Of a DNA stretch of 37,164 nt, positions 18,680-27,023 are shown one piece after another. The translations under genes were made by a program, and so were the position numbers. Origin of the DNA: a virus (lineage: Duplodnaviria > Caudoviricetes); the IMG/VR virus record IMGVR_UViG_3300046411_000790, positions 1 through 37,164 of that record; one strand, written 5' to 3'. The notes beneath the pieces are model-generated. The model did no database searches. It was not told the DNA's origin and saw only the letters and a list, made by a program, of their open reading frames with translations. Position 1 is the stretch's first letter; each line of letters begins with the position of its first letter.

Positions 18680-19441
18680 ATGACGATCGAAAAAATGGAC
18701 TTTAATGCACGTTCCTTATTATTTGCAAAATTATCAAGTATTGCATATAATAACGAAAAAGATGCAAGAAGTCAAGCGAAAAAGTTAGGGTTCACTACAA
18801 CTGAATTCTACCAAAAGGATGGAGCACAAGCATATCGCTTCATGAACAAAACAGATCTAGTAATTGCATGTCGTGGAACTGAACCAACAGAGTTTAACGA
18901 TATAAGTGCAGATCTAAAAGCATTGCCAGTAATGGCAGAAACAATCTCAAGAGTGCATCAAGGTTTTAAAGCAGAGGTAGATGAACTATGGCCTGCTATT
19001 ACAGAAGACATTAACCGTAAAGCAAACTTAGGCAAAACACTTTGGTTTTGTGGACATAGTTTAGGAGCGGCCATGGCAACGATAATGGCCAGTCGTTGTT
19101 TACATGATGAAGAACTTAATGATCCAGTTGAGCTTTACACATTTGGTTCGCCACGTGTGGGTTGGAGAGGATACGTTAAGAGCTTAGGTGTAACACATCA
19201 TCGTTGGAAGAACAACAATGATATTGTTACTACTGTTCCTCTTTGGATTATGGGCTACGTACATCACGGTACAGAACATTATCTAAATGCATATGGAAAC
19301 TATAGAAAGCCTACAGGTTGGCAACTAGTCAAAGACAAATGGCGTGGTATTTGGATGGGTCTAAAGCAAGGAAAGATAGATAGCTTTGGAGATCATTCAA
19401 TGACTGAATATATCAAACACATTACACAAATAAAGAGCTAA
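18680..19441 (+). CDS. Class 3 lipase (alpha/beta hydrolase)
   Basis: RGT, VHQGF, GHSLG nucleophile, [16 protein letters not shown] and DHSM; SD GGAGG before ATG 18680. Confidence 0.9.
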   Translation: MTIEKMDFNARSLLFAKLSSIAYNNEKDARSQAKKLGFTTTEFYQKDGAQAYRFMNKTDLVIACRGTEPTEFNDISADLKALPVMAETISRVHQGFKAEVDELWPAITEDINRKANLGKTLWFCGHSLGAAMATIMASRCLHDEELNDPVELYTFGSPRVGWRGYVKSLGVTHHRWKNNNDIVTTVPLWIMGYVHHGTEHYLNAYGNYRKPTGWQLVKDKWRGIWMGLKQGKIDSFGDHSMTEYIKHITQIKS

Positions 19442-20381
19442 CACTTTCTTCGTTTGTTACACGTCTAATAGCTTCACCAAACAAAGGCGCGACACTAACC
19501 TGTCGTGTCTTTTTACAATTCTTAGGACAACGATTAGGAATACTATCTGTAACTACTAGTTCGTCTAGTACTGACTTCTCAACTTTTTGACATGCTTCGT
19601 TTGATAGTACACCGTGTGTGATGTAAGCACGAACACTTGCCGCACCAGCATCCATAATAGCTTTGGCCGCATTACATAATGTCCCGCCTGAGTCTACAAT
19701 ATCATCTACTAGGATAGCATGTTTACCTTTTACATCTCCAATTAGATTCATTACTTCTGATTTGCCTGCTTCTGGTCTACGTTTATCTACAATAGCAATG
19801 TCGCCATTAAACATATCTGCAAACTTTCTAGCACGAACAACTCCGCCTGCATCTGGTGATACAAATACTGTACCTTGTTGATTTACTTCTGGATCGTCTA
19901 CAATTCCTATTGCACGTTTAATATCTTTTGCAAACACTACACGGCTTGTTAAATCATCCACCGGGATGTCAAAGAAACCTTGTATCTGTCCTGCATGCAA
20001 ATCCATTGTAAGGATTCTATCAGCACCAGCAGTAGTAATAATGTTGCTTACAAGTTTGGCTGTAATAGGAGTACGACTTGCACTTTTACGATCCTGTCTT
20101 GCATACCCGAAATAAGGAATGACTGCGGTAATTCTATTAGCACTAGATCTACGTGCCGCATCAATCATTATCATAAGTTCCATTAAACTGTCATTAACAG
20201 GTGTACAGGTGCTTTGGATAATAAAAACATCTTCACCTCTAATATTCTCTAAAAATTCTACACTGGACTCTCCGTCTGCAAATGTAGAGACCTTCGCTGG
20301 CACTAGTGTCGCAAAACAATGTTCAGCGATTGCTTGTGCTAGGTTAGGGTTAGCATTTCCTGTGATAATCTTCATTTTCAA
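19422..20381 (-). CDS. prs: Ribose-phosphate pyrophosphokinase
   Basis: [33 protein letters not shown] and [10 protein letters not shown]. Confidence 0.97.
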   Translation of the reverse strand: MKMKIITGNANPNLAQAIAEHCFATLVPAKVSTFADGESSVEFLENIRGEDVFIIQSTCTPVNDSLMELMIMIDAARRSSANRITAVIPYFGYARQDRKSASRTPITAKLVSNIITTAGADRILTMDLHAGQIQGFFDIPVDDLTSRVVFAKDIKRAIGIVDDPEVNQQGTVFVSPDAGGVVRARKFADMFNGDIAIVDKRRPEAGKSEVMNLIGDVKGKHAILVDDIVDSGGTLCNAAKAIMDAGAASVRAYITHGVLSNEACQKVEKSVLDELVVTDSIPNRCPKNCKKTRQVSVAPLFGEAIRRVTNEESVSSLFV

Positions 20382-20459
20382 GTTGTAAGCCTTCCTACTT
20401 GGTTGTGAGTTAATGTAATACTTATATAATACACTAACTTGTTTATTAAGTCAAGAGTT

Positions 20460-21419
20460 TTAGTATCCGTTTGGTACTATAACATAATGTATTGCTAGAA
20501 CAACACCAACTGATGCTCCTAGCCCTATCATCATTTTGATAAAGTCTTTGGTAATTAAAGGAAATACTGTTTTAAACTTTTCCTTGCCTGTCATAGTAGC
20601 CATAGCAAGTTCACGTCCACATAGTAAACCTACGAACACCCATGTTGTTGACATAGGTATATCGTTTATTTCTTTAAAGAACAATAGTATTAAAAAGTAA
20701 ACACAATCAATAATAGTTGCTGAACGTACATACCTTGTATTGTGTTTCTCCAATACAATAGTTTGTATCTTACCTCCACCTTCTCTAAACATGTATCCTA
20801 GTCCGCCTACAAACACAAGACTAACTAGAACCATTAGGTCCCAGGGTATCTCTCTAGGTAGGAACACAGCAATGTTTGCCATGTCATGACTTAGCCAAGT
20901 AAACCACAGGAAGCCTGTTGTTACCCATTGTGCTACACGCCATGCTTTCTTGTGTTCTTCTTTGACAGGCTTTGCTTCGTCTAGTAGTTTAGTAACTCCT
21001 ATCCAAATAACATACGCCGCCACTGCCGCGACAGCATAACCCATCATACTTTTTACAAGCATCTTCTCTAATACAAATGTACTTGCAAAGGCACTTAATA
21101 CTAAAAAAGAAGTACTAACTGGTACTCCTATCCTTGTAAGTATTAATAATAGTCCTGGTGCCGCGGCATGATACCATTGTATCTCTTGGAAAGGTATTTT
21201 GTTAAGTCGCCCGTAACTGATGTCTCCACCGTTAGTGTACCAACCATACCACAGAGTGTATAACAAGACTGCACTTGCACAACCCCACATAATTTTCCAA
21301 TTGAATCTCTCATTGTTCGAAGCAATCCAAGTACCGAGAGTTTGTACTGAATCATTTGCTATAACTGAATAGGCGGCGAATAAGAATCCAATTGCCATCC
21401 ATAAGGTAAGTGCGTCCAT
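20460..21419 (-). CDS. Polytopic membrane protein, PiT/PHO4-like phosphate transporter
   Basis: About 9-10 TM segments; internal duplication with ANDSVQTLG/HDMANIA and PVSTS/PMSTT motifs. Confidence 0.65.
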   Translation of the reverse strand: MDALTLWMAIGFLFAAYSVIANDSVQTLGTWIASNNERFNWKIMWGCASAVLLYTLWYGWYTNGGDISYGRLNKIPFQEIQWYHAAAPGLLLILTRIGVPVSTSFLVLSAFASTFVLEKMLVKSMMGYAVAAVAAYVIWIGVTKLLDEAKPVKEEHKKAWRVAQWVTTGFLWFTWLSHDMANIAVFLPREIPWDLMVLVSLVFVGGLGYMFREGGGKIQTIVLEKHNTRYVRSATIIDCVYFLILLFFKEINDIPMSTTWVFVGLLCGRELAMATMTGKEKFKTVFPLITKDFIKMMIGLGASVGVVLAIHYVIVPNGY

Positions 21420-21579
21420 TTGTTATCTCCTCTGCTTGATGTCTTTACCACATCGCTCACATAGTAAGAGCAGGCTCAACGGTGCCTGCCAGGAACTTAA
21501 TTGTTCCATTATTATTTATAAAGTAACATCATTTCAATTCTTTGTCAAGGATTTTGAGTGCCGTGTTTTGATTGACACA

Positions 21580-21600
21580 GTCATGCGGAAATAGCATGAC
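21580..21600. promoter_or_regulatory. Palindromic operator GTCATGC-N7-GCATGAC (LysR-type T-N11-A box)
   Basis: Perfect 7-bp inverted repeat about 70 nt upstream of the predicted start of the plus-strand transcript. Confidence 0.5.
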
Positions 21601-21661
21601 AGCCTTTACCAAATAACTGCTCATATAAGTCGGCTCTTTTTTCCCTTAATGATAAATACAG

Positions 21662-21814
21662 GTGAAGTAGATAAATGCAATGTTTATTTGCTCACACACA
21701 TAGACACATTGGATAGACAATGCGGATTATCCATCCGTTACAAGTGATTGACGAGTACCAAAGGTACTTGCACCGCCGGGGAAGTTCCGGGGTATTGCTT
21801 TCCTCAAGCATCCT
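21662..21814 (+). ncRNA. Structured RNA/leader with about six hairpins upstream of the DUF1127 operon
   Basis: Stems at 21666-21692, 21707-21722, 21723-21737, 21753-21769, 21776-21790 and 21796-21810; follows GATAAATA at 21650. Confidence 0.55.
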
Positions 21815-21838
21815 AAAAACTTATATAAGGAGAAAAAA

Positions 21839-22018
21839 ATGGCAACAATGCTATTCAACGGCCTTGTGAGTTTACTTGGAAACCCAAGCCCGTCCAAGGC
21901 TTTCGAAAAAGAGATGCTCACTTACGCCAAAACAGAGTATGGAAATGATTGGCAATATGCTTATCACTATATGTTATCCCACAATGGACATGGTCCTAGA
22001 ATGGGAGTAAAAAACTAA
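21839..22018 (+). CDS. 59-aa microprotein (MATMLFNG...YAKTEYGNDWQYAYHYM...)
   Basis: Missing from the ORF track; SD AAGGAG; TAATG overlap with the DUF1127 gene. Confidence 0.8.
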   Translation: MATMLFNGLVSLLGNPSPSKAFEKEMLTYAKTEYGNDWQYAYHYMLSHNGHGPRMGVKN

Positions 22019-22278
22019 TGACACACGCAATTTTAACAGCTTCAAGTTGGATCCAAGATGCCGTAATAGGCTTTGCAGATCTAATTAAAACTTGGAAACG
22101 CAACAGAGCTCGCAAGGCTATGATTGCTAGAACACACAAAGAGTTATCCCAACTTACAAATCATGAGTTACGTGACCTAGGAATAGGACGTAGCGATATT
22201 ACTAGTATTGCAAACGGAACCTTTCATGATACAAGAATGAAAGCAAAGACTAACGCTAATTTAAGAGGATGGGTATAA
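22018..22278 (+). CDS. DUF1127 (YjiS-like) small protein
   Basis: RTHKELSQLTNHELRDLGIGRSDI motif; NLRGWV tail. Confidence 0.9.
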   Translation: MTHAILTASSWIQDAVIGFADLIKTWKRNRARKAMIARTHKELSQLTNHELRDLGIGRSDITSIANGTFHDTRMKAKTNANLRGWV

Positions 22279-22484
22279 TGACTGTAGCAACAATTTCAAA
22301 CACAACATGGTCTTACACATGCAAAGTATGTAAGATGATTAGAACAGCATTAAGTGTTGCATTCGTAGCAATAATTGCATTTGGTGAATCAGCAGGTAGA
22401 GCAAGAGCCGCATCAGAACTATCAAGACAAGGTTATCATGATGAAGCAAAAGCACTAATGTTAAGCCCGAAGGATTTTAGGTAA
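22278..22484 (+). CDS. Microprotein with GRARAASELSRQGYHDEAKAL motif
   Basis: TAATG coupling on both sides. Confidence 0.75.
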   Translation: MTVATISNTTWSYTCKVCKMIRTALSVAFVAIIAFGESAGRARAASELSRQGYHDEAKALMLSPKDFR

Positions 22485-22618
22485 TGTGGAAAAGATTTAT
22501 TAGAGCAATGGAATACAGAAGTTACTGTATGGCAATCCGTGAACTAAGAGCTCATGGCTATTACCAAAGAGCAAATGAGATATCTGAATTCAAACATAAA
22601 GTCTATGGGAGTTTCTAA
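22484..22618 (+). CDS. 44-aa microprotein, probable paralog of the upstream ORF (ELRAHGYYQRANEI)
   Basis: Translated by hand; TAATG coupling on both sides. Confidence 0.7.
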   Translation: MWKRFIRAMEYRSYCMAIRELRAHGYYQRANEISEFKHKVYGSF

Positions 22619-22662
22619 TGTGGCCTTATACAAATGAAGAATCGGATTGGTTAAACGGATGA
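22618..22662 (+). CDS. 14-aa peptide MWPYTNEESDWLNG
   Basis: SD GGGAG; TAATG and ATGA overlaps link it into the chain. Confidence 0.5.
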   Translation: MWPYTNEESDWLNG

Positions 22663-22829
22663 AAGTACATAATACCATACTTGTAAGATCTATTGTAAAA
22701 CTTAGAATGTGGTATGCTGACGTTCGTGGACATCACGGCAAGCGTTGGAACTATGAACCATCTAGACACTATATGGGAATGTCCAAACCTCGTCGAAAGA
22801 AAGTGCTACAAAATAGCACATACATATAA
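22659..22829 (+). CDS. 56-aa basic microprotein
   Basis: ATG 22659 overlaps the TGA of the 14-aa peptide. Confidence 0.6.
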   Translation: MKVHNTILVRSIVKLRMWYADVRGHHGKRWNYEPSRHYMGMSKPRRKKVLQNSTYI

Positions 22830-22913
22830 TACGGGTTGACCTTAGGGACAACTCGTGCTATATATTATTATACACTCCAACTCTGGAGTCACACATACAC
22901 AAAGGAAAAACAA

Positions 22914-23342
22914 ATGAAAAAATTACTATCTACCGTTGCCATTATGGCATCATTAACAGTTCCTGCCTTTGCAGAGGACATTTCAATCGATATGTTGAAC
23001 AAGCGTGACGATGGAGCCAAAATGGTTTACTCACAAGACATTGCACGTATTGACGTAGGCGATACTATTACATGGTTACCAAAGTCAAAAGGTCATAATG
23101 TAGAATTCATTGCAGGACCAGATGGTTGGGAAGCACCTAAGAAATCAAAGAATGGTAAAGAAGTTGCTATTACATTTGATGCTCCAGGCATTTACCTATA
23201 CCAATGCACACCACACAAGTCAATGGGAATGATTGCAATGGTAGTTGTTGGTGACGATACATCTAACTTAGATGCAATTACTGACATGAAGATGCGTGGC
23301 AAGTCTAAAAAGAAAATGAAAGAATTACTAGCTGACTTGTAA
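22914..23342 (+). CDS. Pseudoazurin (type 1 blue copper protein) with signal peptide
   Basis: MLNK...GAKMVY, GHNV and CTPHKSMGM ligand loop; Sec signal ending AFA; SD AAAGGA; TTGACC-17-TATATA promoter at 22836-22864. Confidence 0.92.
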   Translation: MKKLLSTVAIMASLTVPAFAEDISIDMLNKRDDGAKMVYSQDIARIDVGDTITWLPKSKGHNVEFIAGPDGWEAPKKSKNGKEVAITFDAPGIYLYQCTPHKSMGMIAMVVVGDDTSNLDAITDMKMRGKSKKKMKELLADL

Positions 23343-23743
23343 TGTTTACAAAGAGAATCCCGGAGTTTTGTTTAAGCCATTGGCTACTGCGTATTCCGCT
23401 AGCCATTATCTTTATACAACAAGGACTCAGTAAGTTTCCAGTTTCTATAGAAGATGCTGAGGCATTCGATCTTCCATACTTAGTATGGTGGGTCGTTAGT
23501 TATGGAGAGTTAGGTGCAGGGCTAGGATTGATAGTAGGAGGCATCATTGCCTTACAAAAATACTTTCATGAACTAGGCGATTTACTTACACGCTTCTGTG
23601 GTATTACTATTTGTAGTATTATGACAGGAGTTATTTGGGTAGGACAACCTGAAACCTTTTGGGATGTCATCCTTTACGATAACCTTCACGTACTTTTATG
23701 GGTAGGTGGATTGTATTTTGCATTGCGAGGTAACAGAACATGA
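23342..23743 (+). CDS. DoxX-family membrane protein
   Basis: LLRIPLAIIFIQQGLSK, GELGAG and LTR motifs; 4 TM segments. Confidence 0.8.
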   Translation: MFTKRIPEFCLSHWLLRIPLAIIFIQQGLSKFPVSIEDAEAFDLPYLVWWVVSYGELGAGLGLIVGGIIALQKYFHELGDLLTRFCGITICSIMTGVIWVGQPETFWDVILYDNLHVLLWVGGLYFALRGNRT

Positions 23744-23943
23744 CACCAAGAGAGTCAGCACAACTAGAAGCAGACCGTGCTTTCAATAGTTTTATCAAAG
23801 TATCAAAATATACTGTCTATGTAGCAATAGCTTTTTTTCTTTTTGTTGCTTCTTGTAACTTTGGTGTTGAGGATGGACCTAATGCTACTGGATCGGGTTA
23901 TGACGGAAGTGTTTATAATCCTAGCAATTTAAAAGTTAAATAA
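23740..23943 (+). CDS. Single-TM peptide resembling aa3-type cytochrome c oxidase subunit IV
   Basis: AFNSFIK + TM + N pattern like alphaproteobacterial subunit IV (TFxGF + TM + N). Confidence 0.45.
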   Translation: MTPRESAQLEADRAFNSFIKVSKYTVYVAIAFFLFVASCNFGVEDGPNATGSGYDGSVYNPSNLKVK

Positions 23944-23982
23944 AAAAAATGACAGAGCTGTCCGCCAAGACGGCTCTGCCAT
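23942..23982 (-). terminator. Rho-independent terminator between convergent genes
   Basis: Minus strand GGCAGAGCCGTC-loop-GACAGCTCTGTC followed by a T run. Confidence 0.8.
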
Positions 23983-24006
23983 AACTTCACAGTGTTATGT
24001 TAACTA

Positions 24007-24240
24007 CTACTTGCGATTGTATATATGATATAACACCCATACAGCAACTAAGCCAACTAATCCCTGAGCTGATAACGCTGTTATCATTCCAGTAATATTG
24101 TCTACTACGCTGATGTTTGGCCAGAACGGAATGTTCTGTCCGTTGAACAGGATCTCAAGTACGATTGCTAAAGAAATAAGTGATACACCTACTTCAGTTA
24201 TTGCACTTGCCCAACCCTTTACTTTGTTTAAGATTTCCAT
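24007..24240 (-). CDS. Small two-TM membrane protein
   Basis: 77 aa; SD AAGGAG; CTAAATA upstream. Confidence 0.75.
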   Translation of the reverse strand: MEILNKVKGWASAITEVGVSLISLAIVLEILFNGQNIPFWPNISVVDNITGMITALSAQGLVGLVAVWVLYHIYNRK

Positions 24241-24349
24241 TTGGATCTCCTTTCAAATTGCTGAGTAATAGTACTCAGTCAATTATTTAGAGTCAGAGAT
24301 ATAAAAGTTAAACTACCATAAATGGTTTAAGGTATCAAAATTGTATGAT

Positions 24350-24766
24350 TTATTTTAACCAAGCAATCTTTTCGCCTGCTTTTACACGGCGTTCTTGCTC
24401 TGCAACACTACCTGGATAACGCCAAGCCCATACAGCAACTAATGCCATAAAGCCTCCGCTCCATGCTACAGCTTTGATATTTTCTGTGGTAAACCAAAGG
24501 AATGCAAGCGATGATGCCATAACTAGAACCATTGCATACTTGCCTTTGGTAGGGAATACTTTCTTTTGTACCCAGTTCGTCAAGAACGGTCCAAAGTATT
24601 TGTGATTGTATAACCACTTGTGCATTCTTGGGCTTGACTTTGCAAAACAATATGCCGCCAAGACAAGAAAGATTGAGAAAGGAATGCCAGGAACTATAAT
24701 TCCAATGTAAGCCATTCCGAGTGACAGGAATCCAAGTCCCATCCAAAAATATTTTTTAATGTTCAT
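24350..24766 (-). CDS. YbaN/DUF454 membrane protein
   Basis: GIIVPGIP...[15 protein letters not shown]...[10 protein letters not shown] motif. Confidence 0.88.
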   Translation of the reverse strand: MNIKKYFWMGLGFLSLGMAYIGIIVPGIPFSIFLVLAAYCFAKSSPRMHKWLYNHKYFGPFLTNWVQKKVFPTKGKYAMVLVMASSLAFLWFTTENIKAVAWSGGFMALVAVWAWRYPGSVAEQERRVKAGEKIAWLK

Positions 24767-25943
24767 TTAATACTTTCCTTAATGAATCCACCAGTTCAGA
24801 AATCATTGCATCTGTATGCAACGGAGTGGGAGCAAATCTTAAACGTTCTGTTCCTTCTGCAACTGTAGGATAGTTAATTGGTTGACAGTAGATGCCGTGT
24901 TCTTCTAACAAAACATCACTGAGTTTTTTACAACGTACAGGATCACCTATCATCACCGGAACAATATGAGTACTTGCATCTGGGTGTACTTCTATATTAT
25001 AATGTGCAAGTTTTCTTTTTAGTTTACTTGCTTGTAGTTGATGCTGTTCGCGTAATTCGTTGTGGTCCATAACGTACTTAACGCTTGCCAAAGCGCCTGC
25101 ACATATAACTGGACTAGTGCTTGTAGTAAAAATAAAACCTGAGGCGACAGAACGGATAGCGTCTATAACGATCGCTTCCCCTGCGATGTATCCGCCCTGC
25201 ACACCAAAGGCCTTGCCTAATGTGCCATTAACTATGTCAACTCTATCTTGTAAGCCAAGTTCTTGTAACTTGCCTCCACCATGCTCTCCGTAGAGTCCTA
25301 CGGCATGCACTTCGTCAATATAAGTTATTGCACCATATTTTTCTGCTAAGTTGCAAATGTCGAGCATAGGCGAAACGTCCCCATCCATGCTATACACAGA
25401 CTCAAATACTACACAAGGTGTACCTGACACGTTCTTTAGCTTATCCTCGAGGTCCTCCATATCATTGTGCGTCCAAATTATTTTGTCTGCACCACTATGT
25501 CTAATGCCTTGAATAAGTGAAGCGTGGTTAGCACTATCACTTAAAAACACAATGTCGGGAATGATTTGTTTAAGAGCGACCAACGTCCATTCGTTTGCAA
25601 CATAAGCGGACGTATAAAGTAATGCTGTCTCCTTCTTGTGAAGTTTAGACAGCTCTATTTCTAATGCGACATGATAATGACTTGTACCTGCAATGTTACG
25701 TGTGCCACCTGCACCTGCACCTGTTTGATCTAGTGCTGTATGCATTGCATCTAATACTACTTTGTTCTGTCCCATGCCTAAGTAATCGTTTGAACACCAG
25801 TTCACAATGTTTTTAATATTATATGGCCCATACCAGATGGCATTAGGATATCCTCCACGCTCTCGGAGTATATCATTAAAAACTCTGTATTTGCCTTCAG
25901 ACTTTAGTCTGTCTATTGTCTTCTGAAATGGTTCTTTGTTCAT
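24756..25943 (-). CDS. hemA: 5-aminolevulinate synthase (Shemin/C4 pathway)
   Basis: [55 protein letters not shown] (PLP Lys), QPINYPTV. Confidence 0.96.
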   Translation of the reverse strand: MNKEPFQKTIDRLKSEGKYRVFNDILRERGGYPNAIWYGPYNIKNIVNWCSNDYLGMGQNKVVLDAMHTALDQTGAGAGGTRNIAGTSHYHVALEIELSKLHKKETALLYTSAYVANEWTLVALKQIIPDIVFLSDSANHASLIQGIRHSGADKIIWTHNDMEDLEDKLKNVSGTPCVVFESVYSMDGDVSPMLDICNLAEKYGAITYIDEVHAVGLYGEHGGGKLQELGLQDRVDIVNGTLGKAFGVQGGYIAGEAIVIDAIRSVASGFIFTTSTSPVICAGALASVKYVMDHNELREQHQLQASKLKRKLAHYNIEVHPDASTHIVPVMIGDPVRCKKLSDVLLEEHGIYCQPINYPTVAEGTERLRFAPTPLHTDAMISELVDSLRKVLNEH

Positions 25944-26082
25944 TTAAATACTTCTTAAATTGTTCTTTGTCTACATATGTATAATTGCCTAAATGATGTA
26001 CCGAATGGAATATACCCATTTGATTAAGTTCTTTTTGTACATCGTTCCATCCCTGGAATGTTTCTCTAAGCCATTTAAGCAT
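25897..26082 (-). CDS. 61-aa hypothetical protein leading the hemA operon
   Basis: ATAAGTA box 5 nt upstream of the ATG; overlaps the hemA start. Confidence 0.6.
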   Translation of the reverse strand: MLKWLRETFQGWNDVQKELNQMGIFHSVHHLGNYTYVDKEQFKKYLNEQRTISEDNRQTKV

Positions 26083-26200
26083 AGTATTACTTATGTCTTT
26101 TGGAAAGGTTAACCCCTAACATGAACACATGCTAGGGGCTTCTAATGTCTTTACTATTTGTTCTAAGGGCTATGCCCTGGTTACATATTGTTTTACTGTA

Positions 26201-26521
26201 TTATTTACTAGGTTTACCGTTCACAAACTCGTAAAACTTTTCAGCCGCTTCTAATACTGCGTCTGTTCCAGGTACTTCTGGCATTGTAATAGAACTTACA
26301 ATCTCGTTAGTATCTCTATCACGTTTTACACTTTGTTCCCATCCGTTAAACTTGGCATGGTAATCGTTCCAGATATTACCTTGTGCCATTTCTAACACTT
26401 TAGTCCTAATTTCGTATCCGTTTTTGTTTGTTGTGATTTTTGGCATTGCGGCCTTAAACATTTCTGCAACCTCTTGGGTCTGTTTAAAGATGGCTTCTCC
26501 GTACTTTGTATCTACGCTCAT
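26201..26521 (-). CDS. Conserved phage hypothetical protein (NKNGYEIR...AEKFYEFV)
   Basis: SD AAGGAG; CA-rich leader; ATAAATA upstream; hairpin at about 26111-26141 downstream. Confidence 0.8.
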   Translation of the reverse strand: MSVDTKYGEAIFKQTQEVAEMFKAAMPKITTNKNGYEIRTKVLEMAQGNIWNDYHAKFNGWEQSVKRDRDTNEIVSSITMPEVPGTDAVLEAAEKFYEFVNGKPSK

Positions 26522-26582
26522 TTTTTTCTCCTTTGTGTGTATGTGTGTAGTGTTACTAATGTAACGTATTATTTATTATATG

Positions 26583-26993
26583 TCAAGTGCTTTTTGATGG
26601 TGTAGCTGGCTTAAAGTTACCGCCACTATTAATAATACACCAAAGACCAACTTCAGGAAACTTTGCAACTAATGAATAAGTTCCTGTTTCTAAATTAACA
26701 TATATTGTCATCAATGCAGGCATAATGACACCGTCTGGTCTTTTAACAACTGTACCACCGTTAACAAAAGGAACTTCTTGAAACTCTCCAACTACAAGTG
26801 CTTGGATAGATTCAGGACGACCACAGTCGATAACGGATGGTAGGTGCATCACAGATGGTTTTGTCTGTGGTGCTGGAATGCCTTGTTCTGGTTGTTCTGT
26901 TTGTGCATTAAGTACACTGATCACTCCTGCATCAGTAGAACTTATCGTCGCAAACGTTACTACGAAAAGGCTTAAAATCATGAAAAGTTTCAT
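26583..26993 (-). CDS. Secreted hypothetical protein
   Basis: Signal peptide; two Cys; SD GAGG. Confidence 0.7.
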   Translation of the reverse strand: MKLFMILSLFVVTFATISSTDAGVISVLNAQTEQPEQGIPAPQTKPSVMHLPSVIDCGRPESIQALVVGEFQEVPFVNGGTVVKRPDGVIMPALMTIYVNLETGTYSLVAKFPEVGLWCIINSGGNFKPATPSKST

Positions 26994-27023
26994 TTTATTG
27001 TACCTCTGTCTGTATTATATTTA

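Noticed and set aside
21770-21815. Cobalamin riboswitch (GGGAAG motif)
   Set aside because: I could not find the B12-box or the other conserved elements; kept only as an unassigned structured RNA.
21727-21921. Minus-strand 64-aa ORF over the structured leader
   Set aside because: Antisense to a plus-strand ORF with a strong SD and coupling; no supporting signals.
24408-24746. Alternative-frame 112-aa ORF inside ybaN
   Set aside because: Fully nested in a recognisable gene, with no motif or SD.
21560-26100. FNR/FnrL or PpsR boxes upstream of the heme and pseudoazurin genes
   Set aside because: No TTGAT-N4-ATCAA or TGT-N12-ACA seen by eye in these intergenic regions; TTGAC at 22836 fits a -35 element.
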